From assembly GCA_965287045.1 (NCBI GenBank), contig OZ336871.1, positions 24,304,001 to 24,368,000 of the forward strand: DNA of 64,000 nucleotides, read 5' to 3'. The notes under the pieces were generated by a model. The model was not told the DNA's origin. It saw only the letters and a list, made by a program, of their open reading frames with translations, and ran no database searches. The stretch is from Carcharhinus amblyrhynchos. Its lineage: Eukaryota. Below, piece by piece: positions 62,291-64,000 of this stretch. The position numbers and the translations under genes are program-made. Position 1 is the first letter of the stretch. Each line of letters opens with the position of its first letter.

Positions 62291-63661
62291 CCCCTTGGAA
62301 AATGCGGGACTGATGTAGAAACACGGCCGTCTGTTCCAACATCTTTTGTCACCTTAATCCCACCTCTGCCCCCCCACCTCCATTCCTGTGGTCAAAGGGC
62401 CAGGATCATTCTGAATCATGAGACTTGCATTGTCAAAGGCTTCAAAAAGATGAATCTGATCAATTCAGTCTCTTTGATGTTCTTTCCAACTGGCTTCCTT
62501 CTTCCCTCAGTGGCCACTTTGGTATTTAGGTTAGAGTTCATGTCCTCACACGTAAGCATTTTTATTGACTTGTTTATCAGGAAAACTACTTTGGGCTCAC
62601 AAAAAATAGATCAGAGCATTTTCTAAAAGGTGCTGAACTATGAACTATGGAAAAACAGAGGGATTTAGTGACCTAAATATAGGAATCGCTAAAAGCTTGT
62701 GAGAAGGAATGAAGGGAAATTCAAAAGACTAATGGTGTTGCTTTTACCTCAAAGGGGCTTTGGAATATGAAGAGTTATGTTTACAGTTATCATTAAGCTA
62801 ATTTATCAGTTATATTTAACTTGCATCATTAATTGTAGGCTATCTCTGGTTGGCTCTGGACATGTTACTTGGTTGTTTTGAGGGCAGTTCTCAGTGATCT
62901 AACAGAATTCTTCTGCTGCTCCTGGTTTTGGAAGAACAAGTAAGATTTGGTGTGATATTTCTGGATTGTCAGAGTCCTGTAATAACATGTACAGGGTCTT
63001 GTAAATTGCCAGAAATACAGAGATGAGAGTAGTGAATGCCTTCACTCTCGCTAGCAGGCTGTGCTCAAGTGTAATCACTTTCTAAATCCATCCTCAACTC
63101 CTGGCTGAAGTCAAGAATTATTTTGTTCTTTTGTAATCAATATCTGCAGGAATGTTTGCTGCTTTGTGCGAGCGGTATTTCAGTAGCAGCAGACACATCT
63201 CTGCATCCCAGTGCAAAAACCAGAGTACATAATCCAGGCTCACTCTCCAGTGTTGTGCAATATTTATTAGACCATCCCTCTGACGTAGACAAAAAGGATT
63301 CCATGGGACTATTCAAAAAGAAGCAGTAGAAACCTCACTGCTGCTGGTGGAGTTATACTGTGCATAAAATGGCATTTCCTACATTACAGAATCATAAAAT
63401 CACAATCTTTCTGGTGCAGAAGGAAGTCTTTCAGCCCATCGAGTCCGCACTGGCTCACTGAAAGAACATTCTACCTAATCCCTCTTCCTATAACCTTGCT
63501 TAGACAGCAATCTAATTCCCTTCTGAATTCTTTAATTGAACCTGTCTCCATCCCCCTTCAGTTCCAGACTGAAAATCTCTTTGCTCGCATTACTTTTACT
63601 CCTTTTGCCAATAGTTTTGAACCTGTGCCTTTGAGTTCATGATGTTTTTAACAACTGCAAA

Positions 63662-63846
63662 TAGTCTCACAACACAAGGTAAAGACCAACACGTTTATGT
63701 GGAATCAAGAGCTTTCACACTCACCTGATGAAGGAGCAATGTTCTGAAAGCTTGTGATTCCAAATAAATCTGTTGGACTTTAACCTGGTGTTGTGAGACT
63801 TCTTATTGTGCTCACCCCAGTCTAACACCAGCATCTTCACATCATG
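63662..63846. mobile_element. Fold-back PLE-derived element with hammerhead core
   Basis: TCAC-CTGATGA-A-GGAGC-AAT-GTTCT-GAAA-GC-TT-GTGA at 63721-63757. Inverted flanking arms. Confidence 0.75.
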
Positions 63847-64000
63847 CTTAACAACTGTGACTAGTGTCACAATTCTCCCATTACTACTACATCAGCGGAT
63901 TCAATGGCACACATGTTGGGGAGGGGAAATATACATTGGTGTGAATTTACTGTGGGACTTTCTGTTGGTGCTTGCCATGGCGGATTGGAATACTCGCTGA

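Overview
Repeat-rich vertebrate DNA, very probably a shark genome. It carries many HE1-type tRNA-derived SINEs, CR1/HER1-type and Rex-Babar LINE fragments, Penelope-like elements (PLEs) with hammerhead-ribozyme cores, Harbinger-type MITEs and Myb/SANT remnants, and solo LTRs. No conserved housekeeping gene is recognisable, and almost all listed ORFs are TE-derived or spurious. The best non-TE signal is on the minus strand. Four phase-0 exon candidates (21957-21832, 17213-17175, 13036-12917, 8902-8822) splice into a 121-aa, signal-peptide-like protein with the layout of a short-chain four-helix cytokine (IL-4/13- or IL-5/GM-CSF-like). Two further paralogous terminal-exon-like blocks lie at about 46.9 kb and 56.25 kb, so this may be a divergent cytokine gene cluster. 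This is manual inference that needs RNA-seq, synteny and structure checks. Also present: a decayed tRNA-Leu(AAG), a 327-bp PLE-derived palindrome with a hammerhead core on each strand, and a 23-bp TTAGGG-containing minisatellite. Repeat boundaries are approximate (read by eye) unless a TSD is given.
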